From NCBI GenBank assembly GCA_964016885.1, contig OZ024743.1, forward strand, positions 329,840,001 to 329,904,000: 64,000 bases of DNA. The letters are read 5' to 3'. Below are positions 12,911 through 28,680 of this stretch, one piece after another. The DNA comes from Eledone cirrhosa (taxonomy: Eukaryota). Below the pieces are notes generated by a model that did not search any database, was not told the DNA's origin, and was given only the letters and a program-made list of their open reading frames with translations. The position numbers were made by a program, and so were the translations under genes. Position 1 is the stretch's first letter, and every line of letters begins with the position of its first letter.

Positions 12911-13829
12911 GGTTCAACAATACATAAGTAACAAAATATATTTGCAATAGCAAAACAACTTCAAGAAGCCATTATTAAAATTGTAAAAAAATGAATACAC
13001 GATTTATGTTTGAATATATTTATCTCTCCCTCTATCTCTATCTCACTCCATACATATCTCTCTCTCTGTGTTTCTCTTTCTCCCTCTATCTCTATCCCTC
13101 TCTCTATCTCCTCTCCTGATCTTCCCCTCTCTCGCTTTCTCTCTCTAAACATATGTATATATTATATGTATATAAAGAAGCTTTTTGTACATGTCAGCTA
13201 ACAGTATGTGTTCAAATAACGTTTAAAAAATAAAAGGAAGTTTTTATTCATAGCTTCAAATGTGTGGGTGGTAGTGGGGTTGGATTAGATGTTACATTGG
13301 AATTCGGTACACCAAGTTCCTTTATAATCACCTAGCACAATATTTTTAAAAAATGTAATCAAATCAAATCTGATGCAGTCATATGTAATCAATATGTACT
13401 TCTAGAGTCGACACTATATATACGTCAGTTTACAAAGCTTACGTAAAAGCAACATAAGGTTAAACAGAAAATAAACAGTAGGTAATACAGTACAAGTGAC
13501 AAGCTATTTATACTAAAGTAGTTATTAAAGAACGTTATATTACAACTAATATGTAACTTTGGCACAAACCACAGCATTCGCAAGAGAGAAAGCAAAGTAG
13601 TAGACTTACTGGGGGTCTTCCATTAAAGGGAAGTAAATAAATATATCATCACATGATCCCCGGATTCTGACATTTATAGTGAATAATAATATATTTTATT
13701 TGTTTAACTATGGTTTTGTTATGTCAACTATATTTTACAAACAGAAGTTATACAACGATTGAATATTAAAACAAGATTTTAAAAATTAAGTGATGAAAAA
13801 ACAAGAGGGGAAGGGTAAAGAAGGGCAGA

Positions 13830-14435
13830 TAAGTAATTTTGGTGCAAAACCTGCAACTTAGGATAGATCAATGTCAATTATATCGACCCCAGTACTTGAT
13901 TGGTACTTTATTTTATAAACCCCGGAAAGATTAAAAATAATGTTGACCTCGACGGAATTTGAACGCAGAAGAGAGCTGGAGCATATGCCACAAAGCATTT
14001 TCTCCGAGGCTCTACCGATTCTGTCAATCCACAGTGAATAATAATTGTTTCTACTTTTGGCACAAGGCCAGCAATTATCCCAGTGTATTACTGGTACTTT
14101 ATTTTATCGACCCCGTAAGGATGAAAGGCAAAGTTAACATCGGCGTGATTTGAACTCAGACCATAAAGGGCTGTAACTCTATGCTGCAAAGCATGGTGTC
14201 TGACTCCCTACCGATACTACCAATACAATAATTCTAACACTGGCGAAAGACCAGCAATTTGGGGGAAGAAAGTCAATTTTGTTGACCTCACTACTTAATT
14301 GATACTTTATTTTATCGATCCTGAAAGGATGTCAAGCCAGTTGATCTCGACAGGATTTGAATTCAGAACGTAAAAGGTCTTACCCAAAAGTCACATTTCA
14401 TTTTGTACGACACTCTAACGATTCTGCCAATCTTC
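13830..14435 (-). mobile_element. Three tandem tRNA-derived SINE copies (family A)
   Basis: Repeats of 'ggtactttattttatcgaccccgtaaggatgaaaggcaaagttaac..cggc..gatttgaactcag' with B-box GAGTTCAAATC on minus. Confidence 0.85.
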
Positions 14436-14770
14436 TACCCTTAACAATAATAGTAATAATAATATTACACTAGTTGTTTAACACCAGGTCAGTCCTGATA
14501 AGACAGAGCTATGATAAAAAGTATTTCATCTAGGTTAGTCCTATTTCTTTTACATGATTCATTATCCAACGTGTCCTTCCTTTAATAAGAGTATTTGTGA
14601 GAGAGATTTGACTATTATTTCTCTAACAGATAGATCAAGTACATGATCTCACCCCAATGTTTTCAGTTTTTATATAGGTTCGAGTCTACACATTTAGCAG
14701 GAAGGATGCAGCAATAGTCGAATATTTTTACCTGTTGCATACTTGATTCTCCGTATTATATTTTATCGAA

Positions 14771-14962
14771 AGGCAGTGGATTGGCAGTATCGGTAGAGGG
14801 GCTGACGCCATGCTTTGGAGCATATAGTTACGGCCCTTTATGGTCTGAGTTCAAGTCCCGCCGAGGTTAACTTTGCCTTTCATCCTTACTGGGTCGATAA
14901 AATAAAGCACCAGTAATACACTGGGATAATTGCTGGCCTTGTGCCAAAAGTAGAAACAATTA
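14771..14962 (+). mobile_element. tRNA-derived SINE (family A), full length
   Basis: A-box TGGCAGTATCGG, B-box GAGTTCAAGTCCC, central 'gcctttcatccttactgggtcgataaaataaag', tail 'gtagaaacaattat'. Confidence 0.9.
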
Positions 14963-15374
14963 TATTTTATCGAACCAGGGAGTGATGAAAACAATGTAGA
15001 ACCCAGTTTGATTTGATTTGAAAACACAACATAAAAGGAAATTAAGGAGTTTAATATGGCACTTCAACGTTCTGTCGCTCTGTTGGTCGTTTATAAATAA
15101 CTTAGCCTTCGAGCCAACAAGGTAAGATTCTACATGGTCACACATCTCGCTAGAAATAGCAGCTAAAACACTCGTATCACATTTAAAGAATTGTTGTATA
15201 CGCTGGAGAATGTAGTTTCAGATACATGGTAGTCATGGATGGAACATGTGTCACTGCCGACGTTGGGATAAATAATAAAATAGCATTTATTTTACTACAC
15301 GACGGATTATTTCCAAAGTAAGTTACATACTGTTTACATATACTTCATGACTGAATTACGACTGTCATACGCAA

Positions 15375-15580
15375 TTGGTAGTATCGATAGAGAGTTGGAC
15401 AATATGCTATGTGGCAGATAGTTACATTCCTTTACGTTCTGAGTTCAAATCCCACCGAGGTTAGCTTTGCCTTTCATCCTTACGGAGTCATTAAATATAG
15501 TACCAGTAACGCACTGGAGTCGATATAATCAACTTTCCCCTTCATCCAAATTGTTGGTCTTGTACCTAAATCAAAAATCA
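15375..15580 (+). mobile_element. tRNA-derived SINE (family A), diverged
   Basis: tggtagtatcga...gagttcaaatcccaccgaggttagctttgcctttcatcct. Confidence 0.8.
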
Positions 15581-15799
15581 TTTCTCTAATGGTTTTTGTT
15601 TTCTATGTAGTTCGACCAAAGCGGGGAAGTTGCCTTTGGGCTTTGACCGAGTAGAACCTCCTGGCTTTAACAACTAAAGTGAGAGGGAGATTGCCTCACC
15701 ACTGGGCTGGCACTTCCTTTATCGATCTCGAAATGTTGAAAAGCAAATTAGACCTCATCGATATTTGAACTCAGAACTAAGAAGACAAGAACATATATA

Positions 15800-15960
15800 T
15801 ATCCAACGCCCTGGGATCTCTGCCAAATCGACCGATTGAGTATCTACAAAACAAGAGCCCTGCGAGGTGGAGTGGCTGTTTCAACGCGTCTCCCTCGCTG
15901 TCTTCCGGGGCAATATGTTCTCCATCCAATCGGCCGTGATCCGATCTAAAGGAGGAGGAC
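15800..15960 (+). pseudogene. 3' end fragment of a CRE-like RLE non-LTR retrotransposon
   Basis: EVEWLFQRVSLAVFRGNMFSI resembles the CRE/R2-group C-terminal QRxSxAxxRGN motif. Confidence 0.6.
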
Positions 15961-16544
15961 AAGTTAGTTGGTGGTGGAGAATACTCGTTCGGGCGTCACT
16001 TCTACAACTAAAGTACATTTACATTTATACAACTGTGAACCTCAACCTTATAAATACTCTTATTTCCACATGTCAGAGTATGTTTGCTCACAGCTGCTGT
16101 AGTATAAAAGTATTCGTTAAGTAGTGAGGTTCATTCACTTGCCTTCTTCACCACCAAACTTATTGAAGTTGACTAAATTATAAACATCACTCGTAACCAA
16201 GCAAGGCCTGGCAGCATGTACCATGGGTTCGTTTAGGCTTCTGGTTACTCATGTAGTAACAAACGGACATACTGTCTCAGTTCTCTCGGTTCTCTAGCTG
16301 AACATCGAAGTAACGAGAGCTAGAAGGGGAGAGGGCTATATCAATATTAGACTGATACTTTATCGACACTATAGGGTAAATGGTAAAGTGTAAGTCAGCT
16401 GAATTTGAAGTGAGAGGGAAGACAGACGGAACAGATGTCTCAGACTTGGACAACTCCTAAAATCAACCCCGTTATACTTCATGACTATCTCTAGTTAAAA
16501 CACACAGACACACACGAATCTCTATAGTTACAACAGACACACAC

Positions 16545-19500
16545 AAATGTACCTCCACAATTATAACACACAGAGTAATGTACCTCTACAATTATAACAC
16601 ACAGACAAATGTACCTCTACAATTACAACATACACACTAATGTACCTCTAACATTATATCACACACACTAATGTACCTCTACAATTATAACACACAGACA
16701 AATGTACCTCTACAATTACAACATACACACTAATGTACCTCTAACATTATATCACACACACTAATGTACCTCTACAATTAAAACACACAGAGTAATGTAC
16801 CTCTACAATTACAACACACATACTAATGTACCTCTACAATTAAAACACACAGAGTAATGTACCTCTACAATTACAACACACAGAGTAATGTACCTCTACA
16901 ATTACAACACACATACTAATGTACCTCTACAATTAAAACACACAGAGTAATGTACCTCTACAATTACAACACACATACTAATGTACCTCTAAAATTATAA
17001 CACACACACAAATGTACCTCTACAATTACAACATACACACTAATGTACCTCTAAAATTATAACACACACACAAATGTACCTCTACAATTACAACACACAC
17101 ACTAATGTACCTCTACAATTACAACACACACACTAATGTATCTCTACAATTATAACACACACACAAATGTACCCCTACGATTACAACACACATACTAATG
17201 TACCTCAACAATTACAACACACACACTAATGTACCTTTACAATTATAACACACACACAAATGTACCCCTACAATTACAACACACACACTAATGTACCTTT
17301 ACAATTATAACACACACACAAATGTACCCCTACAATTACAACACACACACAAATGTACCTCTACAATTACAACACACACACTAATGTACCTCTACAATTA
17401 CAACACACACACTAATGTACCTTTACAATTATAACACACACACAAATGTACCCCTACAATTACAACACACACACAAATGTACCTCTACAATTACAACACA
17501 CACACAAATGTACCTCTACAATTACAACACACACACTAATGTACCTTTACAATTACAACACACACACAAATGTACCTCTACAATTATAACACACACACTA
17601 ATGTACCTCTACAATTACAACACACACACAAATGTACCTCTACAATTACAACACACACACTAATGTACCTTTACAATTACAACACACACACAAATGTACC
17701 TCTACAATTATAACACACACACTAATGTACCTCTACAATTATAACACACACACTAATGTACCTTTACAATTACAACACATACACTAATGTACCTCTACAA
17801 TTACAACACACGCACTAATGTACCTCTACAATTATAACACACACACAAAAGTACCTCTACAATTACAACACACACACAAATGTACCTCTACAATTACAAC
17901 ACACACACTAATGTACCTTTACAATTACAACACACACACAAAAGTACCTCTACAATTAAAACACACACACAAATGTACCTCTACAATTACAACACACACA
18001 CAAATGTACCTCTACAATTACACCACACACACTAATCTACCTCTAAAATTACAACACACAGACTAATGTACCTCTACAATTACAACACACATACTAATGT
18101 ACCTCTACAATGACAACACACACACTAATGTACCTCTACATTTACAACACACACACTAATGTACCACTACAATTACAACACACACACTAATGTACCTCTA
18201 CAATTATAACACACACACTAATGTACCTCTACAATTATAACACACACACACTAATGTACCTCTACAATTATAACACACACACTAATGTAACTCTACAATT
18301 ACAACACACACACTAATGTACCTCTACAATTATAACACACATACTAATGTACCTCTACAATTATAACACACACACTAAGTTAATGTACCTCTACAAGTAT
18401 AACACACACACTAATGTACCTCTACAATTACAACACACACACATACTAATGTACCTCTACAATTACAACACACATACTAATGTAACTCTACAATTACAAC
18501 ACACACACTAATGTAACTCTACATTTACAACACACTAAGCTACTGTACCTCTACAATTACAACACACACACTAATGTAACTCTACAATTACAACACACAC
18601 ACTAATGTACCTCTACAATTTTAACACACACACTAATGTACCTCTACAATTACAACACACACACACACTAATGTACCTCTAAAATTTTAACACACACACT
18701 AATTTACCTCTACAATTACAACACACACACATACTAATGTACCTCTACAATTATAACACACACACTAAGTTAATGTACCTCTACAAATATAACACACACA
18801 CTAATGTACCTCTACAATTATAACACACATACTAATGTACCTCTACAATTATAACACACACACTAAGTTAATGTACCTCTACAAGTATAACACACACACT
18901 AATGTACCTCTACAATTACAACACACACACATACTAATGTACCTCTACAATTACAACACACATACTAATGTAACTCTACAATTACAACACACACACTAAT
19001 GTAACTCTACATTTACAACACACTAAGCTAATGTACCTCTACAATTACAACACACACACTAATGTACCTCTACAATTACAACACACACACATACTAATGT
19101 ACCTCTACAATTACAACACACATACTAATGTAACTCTACAATTACAACACACACACTAATGTAACTCTACATTTACAACACACTAAGCTAATGTACCTCT
19201 ACAATTACAACACACACACTAATGTAACTCTACAATTACAACACACACACTAATGTACCTCTACAATTACAACACACACACACACTAATGTACCTCTAAA
19301 ATTTTAACACACACACTAATTTACCTCTACAATTACAACACACACACACACTAATGTACCTCTACAATAAAACACACACTAATGTACCTCTATAATTACA
19401 ACACACACACACACTAATATACCTCTACAATTATAACACACACACTAATGTACCTCTTCAATTACAACACACACACAAATGTACCCCTACAATTATAACA

Positions 19501-21790
19501 CACACACTAATGTACCTCTACAATTATAACACACACACAAATGTACCCCTAGAATTACAACACACACACTAATGTACCTCTACAATTATAACACACACAC
19601 TAATGTACCTCTTCAATTACAACACACACACACACTGATCTACTTCTACAATTATAACACACACACACTAATGTACCTCTACAATTATAACACACACACA
19701 CACACTAATGTACCTCTACAATTAGAGCACACACACTAATGTACCTCTACTATTATAAGACACACACTAATGTACCTCTACAATTACAACGCACACACAC
19801 TAATGTACCTCTACAATTATAACGCACACACACACACACTAATGTACCTCTATAGTTACAACACACACACTAATTTACCTCTACAATTACAACACACACA
19901 CAAATATACCTCTACAATTACAACACACACACTAATGTACCTCTACAAGTATAACACACATACTAATGTACCTCTACAATTACAACACACATACTAATGT
20001 ACCTCTACAATTACAACACACATACTAATGTACCTCTACAATTACAACACACATACTAATGTATCTCTACAATTACAACACACACACTAATGTACCTCTA
20101 CAATTACAACACAGACTAAGCTAATGTACCTCTACAATTACAACACACACACAAATGTACCTCTACAATTACAACACACACACATACTAATGTACCTCTA
20201 CAATTATAACACACACACATACTAATGTACCTCTACAATTATAACACACACACTAATGTACATTTACAACACACACACTAATGTACCTCTATAGTTACAA
20301 CACACACACTAATTTACCTCTACAATTACAACACACATACTAATGTACCTCTATAGTTACAACACACACACACACTAATATACCTCTATAGTTACAACAC
20401 ACACACTGATGTACCTCTACAATTATAACACATAATAATTACAACACACACACACACTAATGTACCTCTATAGTTCCAACACACACACTGATGTACCTCT
20501 ACAATTATAACACACACACTAATGTACCTCTACAATTATAACACACACACAAATGTACCTCTACAATTACAACACACATACTAATGTACCTCTACAATTT
20601 TAACACACACACTAATGTACCTCTTCAATTACAACACGTTGTAATTGTAGAGTTACATTAGTAACTCTACAATTACAACACACACACTAATGTACCTCTA
20701 CAATTACAACACACACACTAATGTACCTCTACAATTACAACACACACACTAATGTACCTCTACAATTACAACACACACACCAATGTATCTCTACAATTAC
20801 AACACACACACACACACTAATGTACCTCTGCAAATATAACACACACACTAATGTACCTCTACGATTACAACACACACACAAATGTACCCCTACAATTATA
20901 ACACACACACTAACGTACCTCTACATTTACAACACACACACACATGTACCTCTACAATTACAACACATACTAATGTACCTCTACAATTATAACACACACA
21001 CTAATGTACCTCTTCAATTACAACACACACACTAATGTACCTCTTCAATTACAACACACACACACACTGATCTACTTCTACAATTATAACACACACACAA
21101 ATGTACCTCTACAATTACAACACACACACTAATGTACCTCTACAATTATAACACACACACTAATGTACCTCTTCAATTACAACACACACACAAATGTACC
21201 CCTACAATTACAACACACACACTAATGTACCTCTTCAATTACAACACACACACACACTGATCTACTTCTACAATTATAACACACACACACACACACTAAT
21301 GTACCTCTACAATTAGAGCACACACACTAATGTACCTCTACTATTATAACACACATACTAATGTACGTCTACAATTACAACACACACTAATGTACCTCTA
21401 CAATTATAACACACACACACACACACTAATTTACCTCTACAATTACAACACACAGACTAATGTACCTCTACAATTACAACACACACACTAATGTACCTCT
21501 ACAATTATAACACACATACTAATGTACCTCTACAATTATAACACACACACTAATGTACCTCTACAATTACAACACACACACTAATGTACCTCTACAATTA
21601 CAACACACACACAAATGTACCTCTACAATTATAAAACACACACACAAAAGTACCTCTACAATTACAACACACACACTAATGTACCTCTACAATTACAACA
21701 CACACAAATGTACCTCTACAATTACAACACACACAAATGTACCTCTACAATTACAACACACACACACACACACACACACGCGCGCACTGA
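16545..21790. repeat. ~30-bp minisatellite array I (acacacactaatgtacctctacaattacaac), variable (AC) run
   Basis: ~5.2 kb of continuous tandem units. Confidence 0.97.
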
Positions 21791-21799
21791 GATACCTCT

Positions 21800-24700
21800 A
21801 CAGTTATAACACACATATTAATGTATATCTAGTTATGACATACACACTCATTAATGTATATCTAGTTATTACATACACACTCATTAATGTATATCTAGTT
21901 ATTACATAAACATTACTGTATATCTAGTTATAACATACACACTCATTAATGTATATCTAGTTATAACATACACACTCATTACTGTACCTCTAGTTATAAC
22001 ATACACACTCATTACTGTATATCTAGTTATAACATACACACTCATTAATGTATATATAGTTATTACATACACACTCATTACTGTACCTCTAGTTATAACA
22101 TACACACTCATTACTGTATATATAGTTAAAACATACACACTCATTACTGTACCTCTAGTTATAACATACACACTCATTACTGTATATCTAGTTATGACAT
22201 ACACACTCATTAATGTATATCTAGTTATAACATACACACTCATTACTGTACCTCTAGTTATAACATACACACTCATTAATCTATATCTAGTTATAACATA
22301 CACACTCATTAATGTATATCTAGTTATAACATACACACTCATTACTGTACCTCTAGTTATAACATACACACTCATTAATCTATATCTAGTTATGACATAC
22401 ACACTCATTACTGTACCTCTAGTTATAACATACACACTCATTAATCTATATCTAGTTATAACATACACACTCATTAATGTATATATAGTTATAACATACA
22501 CACTCATTACTGTACCTCTAGTTATAACATACACACTCATTACTGTATATCTAGTTATGACATACACACTCATTAATGTATATCTAGTTATTACATACAC
22601 ACTCATTACTGTATATCTAGTTATGACATACACACTCATTAATGTATATCTAGTTATAACATACACACTCATTAATCTATATCTAGTTATAACATACACA
22701 CTCATTAATGTATATATAGTTATAACATACACACTCATTACTGTACCTCTAGTTATAACATACACACTCATTAATGTATATATAGTTATAACATACACAC
22801 TCATTAATGTATATCTAGTTATAACATACACACTCATTACTGTACCTCTAGTTATAACATACACACTCATTAATGTATATCTAGTTATAACATACACACT
22901 CCTTACTGTACCTCTTGTTATAACATACACACTCATTAATGTATATCTAGTTATAACATACACACTCATTAATGTATATCTAGTTATGACATACACACTC
23001 ATTAATGTATATCTAGTTATGACATACACACTCATTAATGTATATCTAGTTATGACATACACACTCATTAATGTATATCTAGTTATGACATACACACTCA
23101 TTAATGTACATCTAGTTATGACATACACACTCATTAATGTATATCTAGTTATGACATACACACTCATTAATGTATATCTAGTTATGACATACACACTCAT
23201 TAATGTATATCTAGTTATAACATACACACTCATTAATGTATATCTAGTTATGACATACACACTCATTAATGTATATCTAGTTATAACATACACACTCATT
23301 AATGTATATCTAGTTATAACATACACACTCATTACTGTACCTCTAGTTATAACATACACACTCATTACTGTACCTCTAGTTATAACATACACACTCATTA
23401 CTGTATATCTAGTTATGACATACACACTCATTAATGTATATCTAGTTATAACATACACACTCATTAATGTACCTCTAGTTATAACATACACACTCATTAA
23501 TGTATATCTAGTTATGACATACACACTCATTAATGTATATATAGTTATAACATACACACTCATTACTGTACCTCTAGTTATTACATACACACTCATTACT
23601 GTACCTCTAGTTATAACATACACACTCATTAATGTATATCTAGTTATTACATACACACTCATTACTGTACCTCTAGTTATAACATACACACTCATTACTG
23701 TATATCTAGTTATGACATACACACTCATTAATGTATATATAGTTATAACATACACACTCATTACTGTACCTCTAGTTATTACATACACACTCATTACTGT
23801 ACCTCTAGTTATAACATACACACTCATTAATGTATATCTAGTTATTACATACACACTCATTACTGTACCTCTAGTTATAACATACACACTCATTACTGTA
23901 TATCTAGTTATGACATACACACTCATTAATGTATATCTAGTTATGACATACACACTCATTAATGTACATCTAGTTATGACATACACACTCATTAATGTAT
24001 ATCTAGTTATGACATACACACTCATTACTGTACCTCTAGTTATAACATACACACTCATTACTGTACCTCTAGTTATAACATACACACTCATTACTGTATA
24101 TCTAGTTATGACATACACACTCATTACTGTATATATAGTTATAACATACACACTCATTAATGTATATCTAGTTATAACATACACACTCATTAATGTATAT
24201 ATAGTTATAACATACACACTCATTACTGTACCTCTAGTTATAACATACACACTCATTAATGTATATATAGTTATAACATACACACTCATTAATGTATATC
24301 TAGTTATAACATACACACTCATTACTGTACCTCTAGTTATAACATACACACTCATTAATGTATATCTAGTTATTACATACACACTCATTACTGTACCTCT
24401 AGTTATAACATACACACTCATTACTGTACCTCTAGTTATAACATACACACTCATTAATGTATATCTAGTTATAACATACACACTCATTAATGTACCTCTA
24501 GTTATAACATACACACTCATTAATGTATATATAGTTATAACATACACACTCATTACTGTACCTCTAGTTATAACATACACACTCATTACTGTACCTCTAG
24601 TTATAACATACACACTCATTACTGTATATCTAGTTATAACATACACACTCATTAATGTATATATAGTTATAACATACACACTCATTACTGTACCTCTAGT

Positions 24701-25260
24701 TATAACATACACACTCATTAATGTATATATAGTTATAACATACACACTCATTAATGTACCTCTAGTTATAACATACACACTCATTACTGTATATCTAGTT
24801 ATGACATACACACTCATTAATGTACCTCTAGTTATTACATACACACTCATTACTGTATATCTAGTTATTACATACACACTCATTAATGTATATCTAGTTA
24901 TAACATACACACTCATTACTGTACCTCTAGTTATAACATACACACTCATTACTGTATATCTAGTTATAACATACACACTCATTACTGTATATCTAGTTAT
25001 TACATACACACTCATTAATGTACCTCTAGTTATTACATACACACTCATTACTGTACCTCTAGTTATAACACACACACTCATTACTGTACCTCTAGTTATA
25101 ACATACACACTCATTACTGTACCTCTAGTTATAACATACACACTCATTAATGTATATCTAGTTATAACACACACACTCATTAATGTATATCTAGTTATAA
25201 CACATATTAACGTATCTCTGCAGTTACAATGTACATTAATGTATATCTACAGTATATATA
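21800..25260. repeat. 30-bp minisatellite array II (acatacacactcattaatgtatatctagttata), fixed unit length
   Basis: >100 in-phase units; source of the 1092-aa and 1027-aa repetitive ORFs. Confidence 0.97.
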
Positions 25261-26671
25261 CAGTTATAATACATTAATATATTTCTACAATTATAGCACA
25301 CACACATCTTTATAGATATAACACACACACAGTCATCTCTATAATTATCACACACAGACACACACATCTCTATAATCGTCACACACACATCTCCATAAAT
25401 ATCACACACACACATCTCTATAATTATCACACACACATCTTTTTAGATATAACACACAGACAGTCATCTCTAATATTATCACGCACAGACACACACATCT
25501 CTATGATTATCACACACACACTAATGTATGTGTTTACATCCACACATCTACTCTGATGTAATCCTCTCCGAAATGACGGCGTTTATGACTGCCGTTAAAA
25601 GTTAAATAAGATATTGTTTTGACGCCTTAAACTATTTGACAGTTGATACCTTACTAACAGTAAAAGTAACATGCTGCTTTGCTATAACAACCATTACACA
25701 TGGAAATAAGAGCAAATTGGCTGCTTTCTGCTCCATAATCACCACTAACATGTTAAACTAATTAAGAAAACAATAAAACATCAATCAATACCCAACTACA
25801 TGCTTGTGTTAAGCAGTCAGTCTTCTCACTTTCAACACCTCTCTCTCTTCTCTTCATAAAATATGGTGCTTTAATAATGTTAAAAACATTTGTGTTACAT
25901 TCCTATATGTTGTATAGTGTATCCGCTGGATCTCCGTCACTATTGACGAGTGTTCCTGTTGTTTGATTAACGGGTGAAAAAAAACAAAACATTCTCGTGA
26001 AGTTAATATTCAAATGATTGAAGTATAAATATTGTAAATTCACGTCTACCCATAACGTAATTGGCAGAACGATTCACCGAAATACAGTGACAAGGCTGCC
26101 ACCTTTGAAATACACGTACTTTCGGGCCCCAAATAATAGTTGTGTGGGGTGGAAAATCGGTAATTTTTCTAGGCTGTCTCCGTTGATTTTTTAAAAACCA
26201 GAATTAGTCGTTTAGTTTACATATTGAGACCCCCGACCCAACCTATTTATTTGATAACGTATGGGATTTCTACTAATGTACTTTTGTCATGTAAAATGCT
26301 TTGTAATGTATAAAGAAAATTGATTGACGCAGGAATGCTACAACTTAAAATAAAATTTGGATGGAGATAGATTAGTAAAATTTAATAAGTTGGGGTTGGA
26401 AGAAATTTGAAAAATTAATAAGGGGAGGGAGGGTATTATTCCAGACCCGAAAATACAACTCATTTTTGCCAGCTGAATGGACTAGAGCAAGGTGTCTTGC
26501 TCAAAGACACAATGTGCCGCTGGTAATGGAACTCATTACTTTAGGAATGGAAGGTTAGCACTGTAACAACTATATCACGTGATTCCTATATTATATATCA
26601 TTGTCTTCCATATTCTCACACCTCGACAGGAAACAAATGAACGCTTCCAACTATATATATAGACATGTGAA

Positions 26672-27082
26672 ATAATTGTTTCTACATTTGGCACAAGGCC
26701 AGTAATTTAATGTCGATTAAATCTGCCCCAGTGCGTTACTGGTACTTCATTGTAAGGATGTAACGCAACGCTAAACTCGTAGGGACGTAACTATATACCG
26801 CAAATCATGTTATCCGACACTCTACTGATACTGCCAATCCAACGCCCTTGAATTTAATAAAATAATGGTTTCTAATTTAGGCACAAGGCCAAAATGTTGG
26901 TGGAGGGGAAAGTCGATTAAATCGACGCCAGTACATTACTGGTACTTTATTTTATCGACCCCGTAAGGATGAAAGGCAAAGTCAACCTCGGCGGGATTTG
27001 AACTCTGGTCATAAAGGGCTGTAACTCTATGCTGCAAAGCATGGCGTCAGACCCTTAAGCGATACTGCTAATCCACTGCCCT
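26672..27082 (-). mobile_element. Two tandem SINE family A copies
   Basis: 'aattgtttctac...ggcacaaggcc...gatactgccaatcc..gccc' twice. Confidence 0.85.
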
Positions 27083-27129
27083 TGTTTAAGGAAATAATAA
27101 ATACTCTTCTAAGCTATTATTGCTACGAC

Positions 27130-27703
27130 CAACACTACTAACTCTAATACCACTAACTCCATCACTACCACCACTACTACCACTGCTATCCCTACTATCA
27201 CCACAAGACCAACACTGTTACTAATACTGCTACTACTAGTACCATTATTACTGCCATGACCACTAGTACAACTACTACCACACATACCACTGCTGCCACC
27301 ATTACTACCACTACCAATACTACCACTACCACCACAATACTAATACTGCTACTACTACTACTACCATTACTACTGCCATGACCACTACTACAACTACTAC
27401 CACACATACCACTGCTACCACCATTACTACCACTACCAATACTACCACTACTACCACCACAATACCAATACTGCTAGTACTACTACCATTACTACTGCTA
27501 TGACCACTACTACAACTACTACCACACATACCACTGCTACCACCATTACTACCACTACCAATACTACCACTACCACCACAATACCAATACTACTACTACT
27601 ACCATTACTACTGCTATGACCACTACTACAACTACTACCACACATACCACTGCTACCACCATTACTACCACTACCAATACTACCACTACCACCACAATAC
27701 CAA

Positions 27704-27748
<45 letters not shown>

Positions 27749-27757
27749 CATTACTAC
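27130..27757. repeat. (ACT/ACC)-rich tract with ~120-bp higher-order repeat
   Basis: 'accattactactgccatgaccactactacaactactaccacacataccactgctaccacc' repeated 4 times. Confidence 0.9.
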
Positions 27758-27867
27758 TTGTTTGAATAGTAATAGTTGTTATATCTGGTTTAAATGAAAA
27801 ACTGGTTAACAGGTTCCTTTCGCAATGATTAGGTCCCAGGTTGGATCCCACTACACGGTATCTTGAG

Positions 27868-28251
27868 CATGTGTCATTGACCATAGTCTCAGATTGACTC
27901 ATGTGTCATTGACCATAGTCTCAGATTGACTCATGTGTCATTTACCATAGTCTCAGATTGACTCATGTGTCATTGACCATAATCTCAGATTGACTCATGT
28001 GTCATTGACCATAGTCTCAGATTGACTCATGTGTCATTTACCATAGTCTCAGATTGACTCATGTGTCATTGACCATAGTCTCAGATTGACTCATGTGTCA
28101 TTGACCATAGTCTCAGATTGACTCATGTGTCATTTTCATAGTCTCAGATTGACTCATGTGTCATTTACCATAGTCTCAGATTGACTCATGTGTCATTTAC
28201 CATAGCCTCAGATTGACTCATGTGTCATTTACCATAGTCTCAGATTGACTC
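27868..28251. repeat. 32-bp minisatellite, ~12 copies, embedded in a SINE
   Basis: 'catgtgtcattgaccatagtctcagattgact' tandem; SINE-like sequence continues on both sides. Confidence 0.92.
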
Positions 28252-28404
28252 GTGTCTTGTCAGTGAAGTTGGGTAGACAGAAACTGTGTGGAAGCCCGAC
28301 GTATAGACTTGTACCTGTAATTCAGAGGACCTTGTCTTCAATTATTTTGAGGATGTAGATCAGTTGATGGGAAAACTGCACACATCGTTCTATCTGACTA
28401 GTAA

Positions 28405-28626
28405 TCTCTCTCTCTCTCCCTGTCTCTCTCTCTGTCTCTCTCTCGCTTTCTCTCTCTCTCTCCCTCTCTCTGTCGGTCTCTCTCTCTCTCGCTTTCTCTC
28501 GCTCTCTTTCTTTCTCTCTCTCTCTATATCTCTATCTCTCGCTATCTATCTCTATCTCTCTGCTTCTCTCTCTCTTTCTCTCCCTCTCTCTCTCTCGCTT
28601 TCTCTCTCTCTCTCTCTCTCCCTCTC

Positions 28627-28680
<54 letters not shown>

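Noticed and set aside
14771-14870. A/B-box sequences as tRNA genes
   Set aside because: No cloverleaf; they continue into a multi-copy SINE body
21902-25277. 1092-aa and 1027-aa ORFs as genes
   Set aside because: Explained by a stop-free 30-bp unit; no unique N- or C-terminal domain
27868-28251. 32-bp repeats as a CRISPR array
   Set aside because: No spacers, no cas genes, eukaryotic context
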